From positions 7,564,001 to 7,628,000 of the forward strand of contig NC_135260.1 of the NCBI RefSeq assembly GCF_964204865.1: DNA of 64,000 nt, written 5' to 3'. Both the position numbers and the translations under genes were made by a program. A model generated the notes under the pieces. It was not told the origin of the DNA. It ran no database searches and saw only the letters and a list, made by a program, of their open reading frames with translations. Every line of letters begins with the position of its first letter. The stretch's first letter is position 1. Below, piece by piece: positions 49,568 to 63,067 of this stretch. The stretch comes from Styela clava (Eukaryota).

Positions 49568-52500
49568 TAGTGTATCAGCTGTGGCCGATCTCGTGTGCAA
49601 AACTTGTACCCGAGATTTAGGTCTGGAATTTTGGAGAGGGTCACTTCCCTTATAAGAAAACCTTGGTTACCATTCCTGAAACCCGGCAATTAGCGAGAAC
49701 TTTGTATTTATAACTTGCGTAACCGCCCATACATTTCGACCAATAAATAAGGGGTAGGAAAAATAGAATGTCAGATATCTTTGAAGTTTCTCATCCTAAC
49801 ATCCTTGAGAACCACGTAAATTAGTGATCTTGACATGGTTTTTCGTCGCAATATTTAATTAGACTTGAATGACTTCAAATGACGTCACGAGAGGTCAAAA
49901 GGTCAAGAAAATAAGAGCTCAGGTGAATATACGAGCGACTAACAGTCTTTCCCTACGGATACAAAAGTGGCAATCTGTACTGGATTCGAGTAGATATTAC
50001 CCAATAAATTGTAATCAAATCAAGAATGTCGATGCAATGCATTTTACTGCCACAATACAAACGAATACAAATAAATGAATAATTGGATTTTTACAGTAAT
50101 GAAACATTAAAACGAACGAAAATATAACGCAATGTAAAAAAAAACTTTTTGCATTGGCAAAACAAACAAGTCGAGTTATCCAATAAGTTTATCACAAAAT
50201 CAACATGTACCGAATGCGTTCTGGCATTCGTTATTACCACTCGAGAAGCTACTATGACAAGCACAGAATGAAACAGCAGGGCTTTCCTAAGCTGCGACAA
50301 GGGCATCGTTTTGTCCCGCACGCTTTTGCGCATGAGATCGATAGGTATTCAGGAATCGGATTATTGCCTCTAACTGGGATCAAAAGATCTTCATCGAGTT
50401 CAAAGCCAAACTCTCTGGAGTCAAGAGTAACCTGAGATGACGTTATGGACATCATCTGATGCGTTGCAATATGCGCTCTGCTGATATGCATTCTAATAGC
50501 GTGACTTGTGGGGGGTAGAGTTTCCAACGATGCTTGCTTCGAATGATGACATTTGTAGCTTCGAAGCTTATCCATTGTTTTCAAGCTGAATCCTTTCTTA
50601 AGAACATGAGTTAGATAGGCTTCTGCCTTATCTATAACTTTCTCCAGACCATTACTCAGCACATGAAAATCTTTAAAATATGCCGCTGTCGAGGAGAATA
50701 ACATTCAGGATAGATTGAATGTTATTCTCCACGAATAAAGTCCATGCTTTAAGCGACCCGGATTTTCTTTTGATAAATCCATTCTACACAGGTGCCATGC
50801 TATTTCTTTTGATTTTACGTCATTGAACATATCGTGATCTAGCGTATGAAACGTGGTAGTCGGCAGAGAGAGATGTTTTTTTTGTAGGCTTATAAAATTC
50901 TCTCAGCGATTGGCACTTCAGATCAAATGCAAAGGTGCGGGATCCATGTTTAACACTAGTGTTCGACCGAAATGGTTTTCGACCAATCTCCTCCCCGTCA
51001 TCCTGAAACATAACTGACACAGTGTCACGACTTCCACCTAGTCCGGAGAGATTCGCTTCATCATGGTCGAAGTTATCAAAAGCAGCTACTGTAAACATTG
51101 ATTTGTCAAAGTTGCTCGGAAAAGGGACTTTGTCTGAGCTACACTCAACAATGAATGAAGCCATGTCGTTTTGGTGACGCATAAGCTTATCATAACTGCT
51201 ACACAAGCCAAATCGATTGAAGCTAGTTATAAGGGTTGCACTTTTACAAGCATCATATATGGATTGGCTATTCATAATATGGAGGGGAGTTCTTCGTCTA
51301 CCACGATGTAAATCATAATACATAACATGGAACAGACAATGCATTTGTCTGAATCGATACTCCGAAATGCCTCTGTTATCATCACTTGGCCTACCATCTT
51401 CATCATCTAGAAATTGGGGACCTGCAGAAAACTCTGCTGCATTAAAATTAAATATAGTAGCCAAGAATGTAAGTAGTGGTTCGGGAACTTGTACGGCTTC
51501 CCACGCCGTTTTCAGGACATTTGCGTCACAGAATCTGTAGACCAAAGTCTACTTCTAACAACGACTGTCTGATCATTCGCGCACACTTCCGAATAGGATC
51601 ACTTGACCAGATAATTTCTGCCATGTCCTCAGTTTTAACTTCTTTGCTAAAGATTAATTCTGACTTGTTCATTTGCCTTGGCCTTGTGAAGCTGACGCTA
51701 TTGCCAAAGTGGTTTAGTAGGAGAATTTTCACCTCTGTGTTATTAATACAACCTTCGGCATAATAGCTGTTCATTTGATCCCCAACATAGCTTAGTTCGT
51801 ATTCTTCGCCATTTTCAAAACCTCTTTCAATGTCGGTAACAACTTTTTTCCATGCTCCCTTCTTCCAGTTACTCTCTTTATGAACAATTTACTGTCTACG
51901 ACTCGCTTATATTCAATAAGATACCTATTGATGCACTGTTTATGGCAGTATAAATCTGCACCAAAAACTGCATGTATGTCTTGCAAATCACAAGTTCTGG
52001 TATAAACGTCATCCTGATTAAATACTGTGGCCCGAAGAAATTTCATTGCTCGATTCAACTCGGATATTTGATATTTTTCATAAACAACTTGATTTTTAAC
52101 ATACCCGCACACAACGCAGTTTTTCTCATAAATGGCTCTGTTGAAACTTGGCCTGGGCCGTGGTAGACTACCTGAACGTGGAGAACGGTTCTGATAACTC
52201 TCTCCGTCGCGTAGATCAGCTGATGTGCTTTTCAAAATCCTTTCAAGATGAGATTTCATCGTGTATGCTTTGTAGCTTGATAGACAAATTTCTCCGTCTC
52301 GTAGATTAGCTGATGTGCTTTTTAAAATCCTTTCAAGATGAGATTTCATCGTGTATGCTTTGTAGCATATGATAGACAAATTTACTCTGACCAACAACTT
52401 TCAGTCGCTTGCTTACAACGTCATCTCTAATTAATCCTGCATTTCATACCCGTTTACGGCCAATTTCGGTTCCTACTATTTTCTCAGTAGAAGTCTCTTG

Positions 52501-53010
52501 GCGGATTATACATTTTGAATCATATACTAGGACGGTCTGGTCAACAACTCCTGTAGACAGATACACGGGGTTCCTGCTGGTCGCTATGTTTTCCCTAACT
52601 GAAGTCAAAAAACAGTCGCCAGAAAAATGTGCATATTACAAAGTTAAATGGAATCGCGTTGGAATTTCGTGACCTTTTGACCCCTGGTAACCTCAGTTGA
52701 ACTCGTATCACCCCCAAAAAATAATTGGAATGAAATAGCATGCCAAGGAGAATAATTTGTGAAATGTGCAAGATTGTTAGAAAAAAAAAAACTACTAAGA
52801 TAATGGACATTCTATTTTTCATTCCCCTAATTCATTGGTCGAAATGTATGGGCCGTTACGCAAGATATAAATTCGGATTTCTCGCTAATTGCCGGATTTC
52901 AGGAATGGTAACCAAGGTTTTCTAATAAGGGTAGTGACCCTCTTCAAAATTCCAGACCTAAATCTCGGGTACAAGTTTTGCACACGAGATCGGCCACAGC
53001 GGATGCATTA
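49568..53010 (-). mobile_element. Academ DNA transposon, internally deleted, 3443 bp
   Basis: Long TIRs (>200 bp near-identical, homology to about 345 bp) starting TAGTG/TAATG; perfect 4-bp TSD AGCA. Broken ORFs carry ADLYCHKQC, LITSFNRFGLCSSYD, FDNFD..NLSG and LPPT..H..RA motifs plus a C-terminal Cys cluster, all typical of Academ transposases. Confidence 0.85.
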
Positions 53011-55072
53011 AGCAGCACCATACAATGGTGATGTGCACGTTCTGACCAATTGGAATAGATGTTTGCACAAGCACTTTATTCTTGTTGACGCGGCTCTATC
53101 TGATATGGTTTTTTCAAAATCCGAAACGATTGTCCAAAAGATGTTTATTGTTGAATAATTTAACATAGGAAACAGTCAAAAGTTGGTGAAATAGTAGTCA
53201 AATAGAAATCCGGTGAAATACAGTTCTTTCGCACAGAAGGGACCAATTATATATATCGATATGAAACAAGGAAAACATAATTATTGAATGTAAATTTTAA
53301 GTAACTCTAATTAAGGATACTAAGCACCCCCGATTAGTTAATATACAAATTTACGCGTCCCACATCCAAGCGGCTCACGCCGAACAGATCGTGCCAACGC
53401 CAAAATGGTCAGAGTTCAATGCCCAAAGTTACCGTTGCCAGTTTATTTATATAAGTGAAATAATAAAAGCGGTTGCTGTTTAGAATCATGGCCGATACAA
53501 TGATGGAGCCAACATCGATAAAATTTGCAAAGAGTGACGTTTCATATATGATAAGTTTGGAATGACCCTAGTAATCGACAACCTCAATTAAATTTCCTTG
53601 TCTATGCATCCATTTATCCATGAATAAAAACGGGACATCCTTGCTTGATCCTGTAAGAACCTGTGTATTCTCATAACCCAGCGTTTCCCAAAGGATGCTC
53701 TGCAAAAATTAACAAACTTGTGTTAAACATAACCAATATATGATTGAATATTTGCCATATTGTATTTATTATAAATGTTTCATTTTTTCTTAATCTAAAT
53801 GCTCTGTATATGAATCAATAAATTCATTTGACCTTCCTATGTCGTTTACCTTCTGTTACGTAGAGTCTGCCTCTATTGTAACAAGGGAGATATACACTTC
53901 TTGCCTCAATTTCTTGAGCTGCAGTTTAAATATCTGCTGAATCGTGTTTAGCGAACATGAGTAATTTTTTCAGCCAATCAGGCAGAGAAGAGTTGACCTT
54001 TTGTCTTTATTCCTTAGTCCTGCATGTTTAAAAACATGAAGTGCACATTATTGATCACAAAATTGAGTTTTTGGACACGTTTAGTGGACATAACGATCGT
54101 TTTGTTGTTATGTTGTTCTTGTTCTTGTTGTTCTTTGACAATTTTCGGATACCTAGTGGAAATATTAAAAAACCGCTTTTCTCTTTGATCACTAGACCAA
54201 TTGCTTTGAAATTCCTAGTGGTTAAAGATGAAATTTCTCCAGAAGGCTATTACTTTTATTTATTTCAAATATTTTTGTTAGCTCTGTGAGATTTGTTTTT
54301 GTTTTCTATGACGTCACCGAACGTTCTGCGGACATCGGACGCCATTTTGTGTCCTACTGTACTGCTTCGCTTGGTGTAAATATATTTGTAGACTGTGATC
54401 TGATGGTACGGTAAACCGTACTGTACTGCGAACAGACGTGTCCATATATTTGGGCGTAGCTCTCTTGTATTTAAAAGCAGCATTTTTTCGTGTGAGTGCG
54501 CCGTGAGTTTTTTCCCTGATAATTTGACGCCGCACAAATAAAAAGTTGGGGAACTGCAGCCATTATCCTATCTCAGTAATCAGTAGTTTATTTCTTCAAC
54601 ATGCTGAAAGTACGAACTCGGTACCATACATTAATTAATTTTAATTACTTATACTGATTAATAATATTTGGTACAATCTGAACTCTAATTTGGCTATATT
54701 CCCACTTTGGTGAAGTGGTTTTCTTTTAGAAATATTTTTCCTATACGTTTCACTCCTGTTAACTAATTCGTTATCCAATTTGGCTATACTTAGAAAATTA
54801 TCAATACGTTATGGCAAATTTTTTTTTTCAGTTTTATATTTTGTTTGTATATTTTTCTTTTTACGAAGTTATATATCTTATGTTACTCTTTTTTTTATAT
54901 CTCTCCCATCTTAGTTTGTCTGCGTGATTCTGTGTATGCGTGCGTGTTTTAATCAACTTAATGTCAACCACGCGTCACTCCTCTTGACAACACCTTTCAA
55001 TCCAAAATATGTACGTTTTGAACCCTATTTTTTCATTTTTCTGATTCTGTAATCAGTTTATTTATTTAATTC

Positions 55073-56007
55073 TATCAATTATTTTATCGTCCTTCATGAT
55101 GATTATGGGGTAATAATAAAGGCATATTCACAAATATTCACAGTAAGCTTTGTAAATTCATAGGTTGGCAATATTACTGGTCCTTGCATAAGATGTTTTC
55201 TCAAATATTACCAAACCTAAAAATGTACCTCAGGATGCCCTAAGAAAAGTGGAAAGATACTAATACAACAACAACTATAATGCAATTTTCTTGCTCCTTT
55301 TTTCTAGTTGACAAAAAAAAAACTAGACACATGGCAGAGAGTCACAAGATGTCAACATTGAGTAAAGTTCTGGTTGTCGTTATATTTGCATGTCAACGGT
55401 ACCGCAACTGACCATGGCATGTGTGTGTTTACCGTAGTACCGTACTGTAGTATATGTACGGTAACTTAGGTTTATTTCCATCACTGCTTGTTTTCATAAC
55501 AAAAGTAAGCATACCGGTACCACAACAATATCACTCAATGTATCAATTATTTTATCGTCCTTTATGATGATTATGGAGTAATAACAAAGGCATATTCACA
55601 AATATTTACAGTAAGCTTTGTAAATTCATAGGTTGGCAATATTACTGGTCCTTGCATAAGATGTTTTCTCAAATAATACCAAACCTAAAAATGTACCTCA
55701 GGATGCCCTAAGAAAAGTGGAAAGATACTAATACAACAACAACTATAATGCAATTTTCTTGCTCCTTTTTTCTAGTTGACAAAAAAAAACTAGGCACATG
55801 GCGGAGAGTCACAAGATGTCAACATTGAGTAAAGTTCTGGTTGTCGTTATATTTGCATGTCAACGGTACCGCAACTGACCATGGCAGGTGTGTGTTTACC
55901 GTAGTACCGTACTGTAGTATATGTACGGTAACTTAGGTTTATTTTCATCACTGCTTGTTTTCATGACAAAAGTAAGCATACCGGTACCACAACAATATCA
56001 CTCAATG
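55073..56007. repeat. About 468-bp tandem duplication (two copies)
   Basis: TATCAATTATTTTATCGTCC... recurs at 55541 with a few substitutions and homopolymer indels. Confidence 0.93.
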
Positions 56008-56577
56008 TAGCCGAACTCATACCACAGTACCGCCACCGGTAGTACAAAATCGGTTCAAAATGCTACTGGTAATGTCAGATTGTTCTAAAGTCATATAGCT
56101 GTATAGGCTATTACCGGTACGGTTTAAAGTGCTAATGTCAGATTGTTAAGTTCCAAAGTTACATATCACCATATTATGATATTGCAATAATAGTGACGAT
56201 GTTCGCTTACGGTATCTTGCAAGTGAAAACAGTATTGCATGTATCAAAATCAACACGAAAAAGAAACTCATAGCCTACTTATCAAGCAATAATGAAAACT
56301 CATCAATTACCGTACCTTACTGTAGGTCAGGCCTACTCAACTGACGGACCACCTCGAACCTTTTGGGTATTCGATTCGGACCGCGACTAATTCTTATTTT
56401 GGATCATCAGTCCCACTTTTGAAGTTTCCTTTTATTAAATCACTTTTATAGATTTGAATATATATGAAAAGAACTATAACGCCATAATAAACAATCTTGA
56501 TTAACTAATAATCATTAGCCAGCCAAGGAAGCGCATGTTTAAGGATGCTGAAATATAATTTCTGAAAAGACCGGAAT

Positions 56578-59500
56578 GGGCAATTCCAGCGTTACTTTCG
56601 TTACATCTGTGCAAATTTTAAACTGACTTGGCCAAAAGCCTATTACAAGCATTCAAGTCATAGTGTTTGTAGTTGTATATGGCCCTGGGCTTGTAACATA
56701 GGCACCATAAAAATGGCTCTACTATGGACTACTTTCACATAGACGAGTCGCGAAGCGTCGTTACTTGCGTTACAGAAAAAGGACACTAGTTTTTTGGACA
56801 AAACTTTGACATGCTCCCCATCTCAAGATAATACCACTAACTAACTACTTTTTCCCATGTCCGAAGAGATTATATTTCAGATGTAAAATCACAAAAAATT
56901 ATGTGAAAAACTTTCATTTGAATATTAAAATTTTCATAAGGAACAAAAAATGGTCCGTTACTTGCGTTACGTTACTTACGTTACAATCATGGTCCAATTT
57001 TTAGTTTATTGCCAAGTTTGACATTTAGTCAATATTTAACATTTAATTTCTTTAAATTTCTATGTTTAAATTATAAATCCATAATTAGAAGATAAATTCT
57101 GAAAATAAAATAGTGTTTTAAGAACAAACTAGCAATATAGAACTATTTGCTTGGCAAAGAACAATAACATGAAAAATAAAACAAAAAATGAATGAAACTA
57201 ACAAACAGTCAAAGGTAATGCATTTGATATTTTTACTATAGCAGGGTTTATTTTTATTTATATTGCCAGAAAGAGGTATATGCTAAACATTTCAGTTCTT
57301 TTACGTGTAGTAACATTATAACAAAATATATTATGTTAAATGAAATTGCAGACAATGTAAAAAAATCGAATTAATGTAGAATAGCTTTTACTCTATGCTC
57401 GAGTTCACTGAAGTTCGCAATAACATAGTGCCCTCTATTGTTGATTGGAATCGGCTTCTCCAGTTGTTCAACTATGTCTGTGTTCATATAGAAAATGGAA
57501 TCTTGGGTAATTGGCCATTTCCAGTTCTTACCAGCCCTCTCCATTACCGAGACCTTGAATTCGTTCTTCTGTATACAAGTAACTTCACCTGGGTATAAAT
57601 TTCCTTCGTAGCGAACAGCTACCCAATCTCCTATTTTTACACTAGAGCCTTGCGTACTTCTTTCAGCTGCATCCACATTAATATCTCCTGTTAAAAATGA
57701 TGTGAGGAGTTGACCATTTTTAACCTCCATGTGGTGAATTTTGCTTATACCATGAACAGACGAGGCTTCAGCAAAAATTTTTTCTAAATCCAGTTTATAG
57801 CTTATCTCTTTAATTTGCTCACGCGTAATTTCCATGCATTTTATATTTTGTATTGCCATGGTAGCTTCTGTAAAAGATTTTGCATCAATGACATGATGTT
57901 TTCTGCATCGGACTTGATTCCATACATATCTTTTAACTGAACCACCGATACCATCGACTGGACCTTTACCGTGCGATGTAGCAAAAAAATTCCAGGATAT
58001 TGATATATTGTGCACACTTTCCAAGGCCGGCAAAGACGCTAAAATATATTTGTTTTTGAATTGGGAGCTGGGACCATCTGACCAAATTTTGACAGATTTG
58101 ATAAAACTAGGTAATGTGGACAAAATTTTGCTCAGAATTGGAATTACTGCTTCTTTTGAGTGACAAAGATAATCTGACACCACTGCCATTGAATGAATTT
58201 TTCCCCCATACCACGCTGCAGCTGTAAAAATACTAATTTGCTGTTGCTGCCAATGTGCACTCTGTATCTCATCTTGGTTAACGCAAGTATAATTTTCAGC
58301 AAAATCAATTTGAATTAATGCTTCACTATTACTGTACGATGCCGAAGTTGATAAAGTATTATCTCGATCTAACTTGTAACGCATAGACTGCTGCCTTTTA
58401 ATATACGAGTGTTCCAAAAACTGCGGTAACATTTGATATACATGCTCCAGAAGATCATTTACATCACCCTCCTCCTGAACCTTTTTCAATCTAGAATCAC
58501 TGACACTATTCTCCCACACATACCAGCTCACAAACTTATTTTCAAAACCTTCCAGTACTGCACCCCAACTCATTTTAAATCCTGCACCATCCTTGCATCG
58601 CATACATTCATTTTTCCAGCATTCTAAATTTGGACTAGCACAGACAAATGTGTTTACAATATTTGTGGTATACGATGGAAATTCCGGAATCACTTTATGC
58701 AAAGAATTAATTGCACAAATAAAATTCTCATGATATTTGCAAAGGCAAACATTATGAGGCAATCTGGAACTTAAAAACACATTTTTTGGTCTAAGTTCTG
58801 CAAACTTACTTCGTCCTATTTTTAAATGCGGGAATTCATCACGAAAAAGTTGATATACTTCTGCGATGCTAGATGTTAAATGACGTGTTTGTAGCCTTTC
58901 TGTAAACCCATCTTTTTTTATTGATATCACATCCTTTTTTCCAGGTGCTTGCCGGCTGATATCGTCTCGCCTATAAAAATCTGCAACAGCATTAACTGTA
59001 GATTCTAATATACCGGTACGACGTTTTCTATCAGTTGATGGATTGCCCTGTTGTTCTTTATCCAAAATTTCCCAATATAGTTTTCGAACTACTGCCTTTT
59101 GTCTATTTGGAGTACTAGGCAGTGCAGTACGCATCATTCGCTTTGCCCTTGCAGAAGCCTTTGCAAATGCCAAAGCACTCTTGAATGGAGCATGGTTTTC
59201 TTTGGCCTGCTTTTTCATCAACCTGTGTTTGGCAACACGCATCTTTACTGCATTTCTTCGCTTTTGCTTAATCATATTTTGCTCTTTCACAGATAAATTA
59301 TTTTCCTTGTTTCGTGACTTTTCTCTACTTCTCCGTACATATTCTTTCTGTTTTAACTTAAATTCTCCTATTTTCCCTTCTGCCTTTTGTCTCTCCCTGA
59401 ACCGCTTCTGTCGCTCTGCTGCAGTCAAAGGCATTTTTTCGGTACTGGTACTTTTTGACTAACTCCCAACAGCTGAATCTAGATTCTAGACTATATAATT

Positions 59501-60419
59501 TACTGCAATAAATGGGATAAAAACATCTAAAATAGCCAAAAAGTGCAGGGTAATGTACCTGGTAATGGTCTTTGTGTACCGGTAAGGTTTCCACCACCAC
59601 AATATACAAATAATATCTACAATTTAGGGTTGCCAGATATCATGCATTTTATTGTGGCCAGTGGCAACCTATTTCTTCTAACTTGTTTAAGTGATGTGCC
59701 AAAAATTAGGTATTCTCTGAAATTAACTATAAGGAAATATATAAATAATAATTCAAAATAAACTATCTATTTATAACTTATGTTAAAACCATAATTTTCC
59801 ATATATTATATCTTTTTGATTACTAGAGTCTGATTTATAAGATTTTGTTACTTACGTTACAATTGTTACTTGCGTTACATTGTTACTTGCGTTACAAAAT
59901 TTGACATTGAATATTAATTAATATATACAATCATAGTAAGTTAAAATGCACACATATTGGCTGTGTGTGTGTACATAGGATGATGGTATATTGGCAAAAA
60001 ATGAATTTCAGTATTTTTTTACAAACCGTAAAAAATGTCGAAAAAACGTTACTTGCGTTACCAAAAAATCGATATCAGTAAATTGCTCCCACAGATACCA
60101 AGGGGCAGTATTATACAAAACTGAATGTATCCTGAGAATGGTGATAGCCCTCTAGTATAGCAAATAATTCATGTTCATTTGTGTTTGAATTATTTAGGTT
60201 AAAACTTAAGTTTTGTGCCAATGGCTCAAAAAGCTAGAAATTGAGGTCAATGCCCCACCTACTTTCAACAAGCTTCATTTTTTTTATTATCGAATATAGT
60301 TGTGAAATAAATTAAGTTAACAAAACTCCAAGATATATTTCATGATAATATGGGTTGTTTCTTTGGGATTGGACACTTTTATTTTTTTCAAGTTTGTCCC
60401 TAGTTCCGTGGAATTGCCC
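56578..60419 (-). mobile_element. Full-length Sola2 DNA transposon, 3842 bp
   Basis: TIR GGGCAATTCCA / TGGAATTGCCC; perfect 4-bp TSD GAAT; single intact transposase ORF. Confidence 0.9.
57371..59434 (-). CDS. Sola2 transposase, 687 aa
   Basis: DFAENY..QDEIQSAHW, WSDGPSSQFKN and FATSHGKGPVDGIGG motifs; CLCKYHEN and further Cys motifs; C-terminal Tudor-like segment (GDWVAVRYEGNLYPGEV..WKWP..D). Confidence 0.9.
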   Translation of the reverse strand: MPLTAAERQKRFRERQKAEGKIGEFKLKQKEYVRRSREKSRNKENNLSVKEQNMIKQKRRNAVKMRVAKHRLMKKQAKENHAPFKSALAFAKASARAKRMMRTALPSTPNRQKAVVRKLYWEILDKEQQGNPSTDRKRRTGILESTVNAVADFYRRDDISRQAPGKKDVISIKKDGFTERLQTRHLTSSIAEVYQLFRDEFPHLKIGRSKFAELRPKNVFLSSRLPHNVCLCKYHENFICAINSLHKVIPEFPSYTTNIVNTFVCASPNLECWKNECMRCKDGAGFKMSWGAVLEGFENKFVSWYVWENSVSDSRLKKVQEEGDVNDLLEHVYQMLPQFLEHSYIKRQQSMRYKLDRDNTLSTSASYSNSEALIQIDFAENYTCVNQDEIQSAHWQQQQISIFTAAAWYGGKIHSMAVVSDYLCHSKEAVIPILSKILSTLPSFIKSVKIWSDGPSSQFKNKYILASLPALESVHNISISWNFFATSHGKGPVDGIGGSVKRYVWNQVRCRKHHVIDAKSFTEATMAIQNIKCMEITREQIKEISYKLDLEKIFAEASSVHGISKIHHMEVKNGQLLTSFLTGDINVDAAERSTQGSSVKIGDWVAVRYEGNLYPGEVTCIQKNEFKVSVMERAGKNWKWPITQDSIFYMNTDIVEQLEKPIPINNRGHYVIANFSELEHRVKAILH

Positions 60420-60838
60420 GAATGAGTTAATTTCTGGAAAGACCCCAATATTTTTGAATTTTGTATGCGGATCTTCGATAAAAATAGTTGAGTAGCCCTG
60501 CCGTAGATCACCAAGTGAGGCACAACTTTTCGTGATAACGGTACCTACTGGCTACTGTGGCAGTTATTGTTTGTAGTTTAGGATACTGGTATGGTACGGT
60601 CCCTCTGCGTACAGTACAGCAGTAGTATACAAACTTCCATAGCTGCATATGTACCATAGTCTAGTTTGAATAAAAAGTTAATGTCCAAAGTTCACTTGCT
60701 GACAATTATTTGAAAATGTACGGTGATGTTTGTCTGATTTGAGTGTAATTTTCATGATTAAATGCTTTTTTTGTTTGATATATAATTCCTACTGATTTTG
60801 TTCTGCGCGACTAGATCGGCATACCATATCTCTTACAG

Positions 60839-61520
60839 CAGGCCTGCCCAACCTTTTTTGCCTCGCGGGCCACTTTCATGTGACAAAATTCGTTGCGGGC
60901 CGCAAACGTTTGTACCAAACATTAATACAGCTAAGTCCGGATTTTGGTGTAGGTAATTTACATAATACATAAAACGCAAGTTTATCAAAAAAAATCAATC
61001 AATTTAATAATTGCTTTCTGGTTACTGAGTAGGGCTGGCAAATTATTCGAATATCAGAATAGCAGTTTACTATCGAATATCTGGTAACACGGGTCGTGGA
61101 CATGACACTTGCGGTTTTCTGACGACCACGCGAGAACATACACAACACGTCGACATCGAGGGGTATATTTGCGTTAAAGTGTTTCTATTCATTACTTTTC
61201 AGTAGCAATGTTTAAATGAGCGTCGCGGGAATATCAGGTTATGTGGGCCGTTCTGTAAAATTTGAAACACCAATTACAAGTATTTATTGAAGTAACATTA
61301 CAAAGATTTCTGGACGAACAGCCTATATATGCTGATTTGTGACCAATATGCAGCAATGCAATTAAGTCAATTTCATCTGAATTATTGACGGATACGCAGT
61401 GACGACATTTCCGAAATCTTATTCAACCCAAACATTAGATAAAAAATACTAACATAAAAGGACAACAAGTCCCAGTACCAAAGAAATTGTTGACTTTTTA
61501 TTTTACGTTGGACAGCCTTG
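60839..61520. mobile_element. Degraded hAT MITE
   Basis: CAGGCCTGCCCAAC..GCGGGCC ... GTTGGACAGCCTTG; CTTACAG repeated on both flanks. Confidence 0.55.
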
Positions 61521-63067
61521 CCCTTACAGTCTTATGACAATTGGGGTCTCAAACAAGCTAATAAGACTTCCCCCAAAATATATTGCCAAACTTTATCTTA
61601 GTTCATTTTTACCACATGAAATTCTTGATTGGTAACTGAGAGTTGTATGCCGCTACTGAGAACAGAAAAATAAAAGCGATACTTAGGAGAAGCAGTTTGA
61701 GATCCTATCATAAAAAACTGAAGTAACTAAAAAGTTTTGATTTTTATAAAGCCAATATAATATGCATGTTCATTGTTCAACTACAAAAAATTTTTATTCG
61801 CCGCAATGACTCTATATTGCAGATATATATTGCACTTTTGAGTTTATTGAGATAATTCAAATCAATTCAAGATTAAGTAAATTTAACATATTAGATGCTT
61901 GATTCCAGGAATACTTTTAACCAGTTTTATTTATAACAAAAAACTACCAATCTAATCAATTGAAATCTTTGAATATTACCAAAAAATGCATCGACTTCCA
62001 CTTGCAGACTTGTCTCCTTTTAAACATTACCCATTTTCAATATGACAATATTATTTTGGGATTTATGGTAAATTATTCATGCTGCATCTAAACTAAATAT
62101 TTCACCTTAGAACTGGATTTTGGCTCCATAGCCATTTTAGATGTTTTTTGATACAACAACGAAACATCCTTAATGCAGTTTTGTGGCTGTGGCTAGAGAT
62201 AATCATGTAACTATTCATTGGTGATCCTGTTGTGGTCACCCTCAGCATACTGTGGGTTCCACTGTAACTCTGCACCATCACAATCTTAGGTTTATTGCCC
62301 ATTGTTAGACAATGCACATATCACAATGTATTGTTGTTATATAGCTCACTGCTTTCATCTCCTTGGTTATCGAGTTAGTGGTGCTCGAGGTCGTATTTTC
62401 TTTTGGTGAAGTGAACGACTGCTGGTTATAGCAGATAGCTTCGTGATATTTTGTGTTTTTTTTTTCAATATACATATACTTGGTTCCACTTTTTCTTCAT
62501 TATAATATAGTGTTAGACTTATTTATGGGTGCCGCTGCTCGATAACCAGTAGCCTACTGTTTTTCCGCATTTCCTCCACCCTGCAATATGGCCTGTTTAT
62601 AATTGATTGCAGTTTGTATGTTTGTGCCTATTTTCAGTATGGTAAAATATAAACTACTGGTTACTGAACTATTTTCCTAGTGTCAAATATAAGCACCTAG
62701 TCAACAATTCACTTTTATAGTGATCTCATAGAAATTGCATACAGATTAAAAATAAGTATAATATCCAACTTATGATGAGAATCCTTGTACATGTTCACAA
62801 CACGAACCAAAAATTCTTTACAAGAAGTGTAATAGAAGAGAATTGAGATTGGCATGGAGCAAGTATCACAATGATTGTAAAAGCATAATCTTTCTAAGTT
62901 AATTCAACTTAAACAGAGCTATATCTACTCTTCTAACTTTTTATACTACTTGCTGATACCAGTCTCTAAAACCCAAATTTTCTCTCTAATCAGGGGCTTG
63001 TGTTTTATTTTACAGGATCAAAAAAATAATATTTACTTGCTTATTTATATATAGCGGAACTGGAATT

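Noticed and set aside
59043-59462. 139-aa plus-strand ORF and similar antisense ORFs over the MFS and PFDN5 genes
   Set aside because: Reverse-frame shadows of real coding sequences.
62102-62590. Possible minus-strand exon divergent from PFDN5
   Set aside because: Short ORF with no recognisable motif and no downstream exons I could link.
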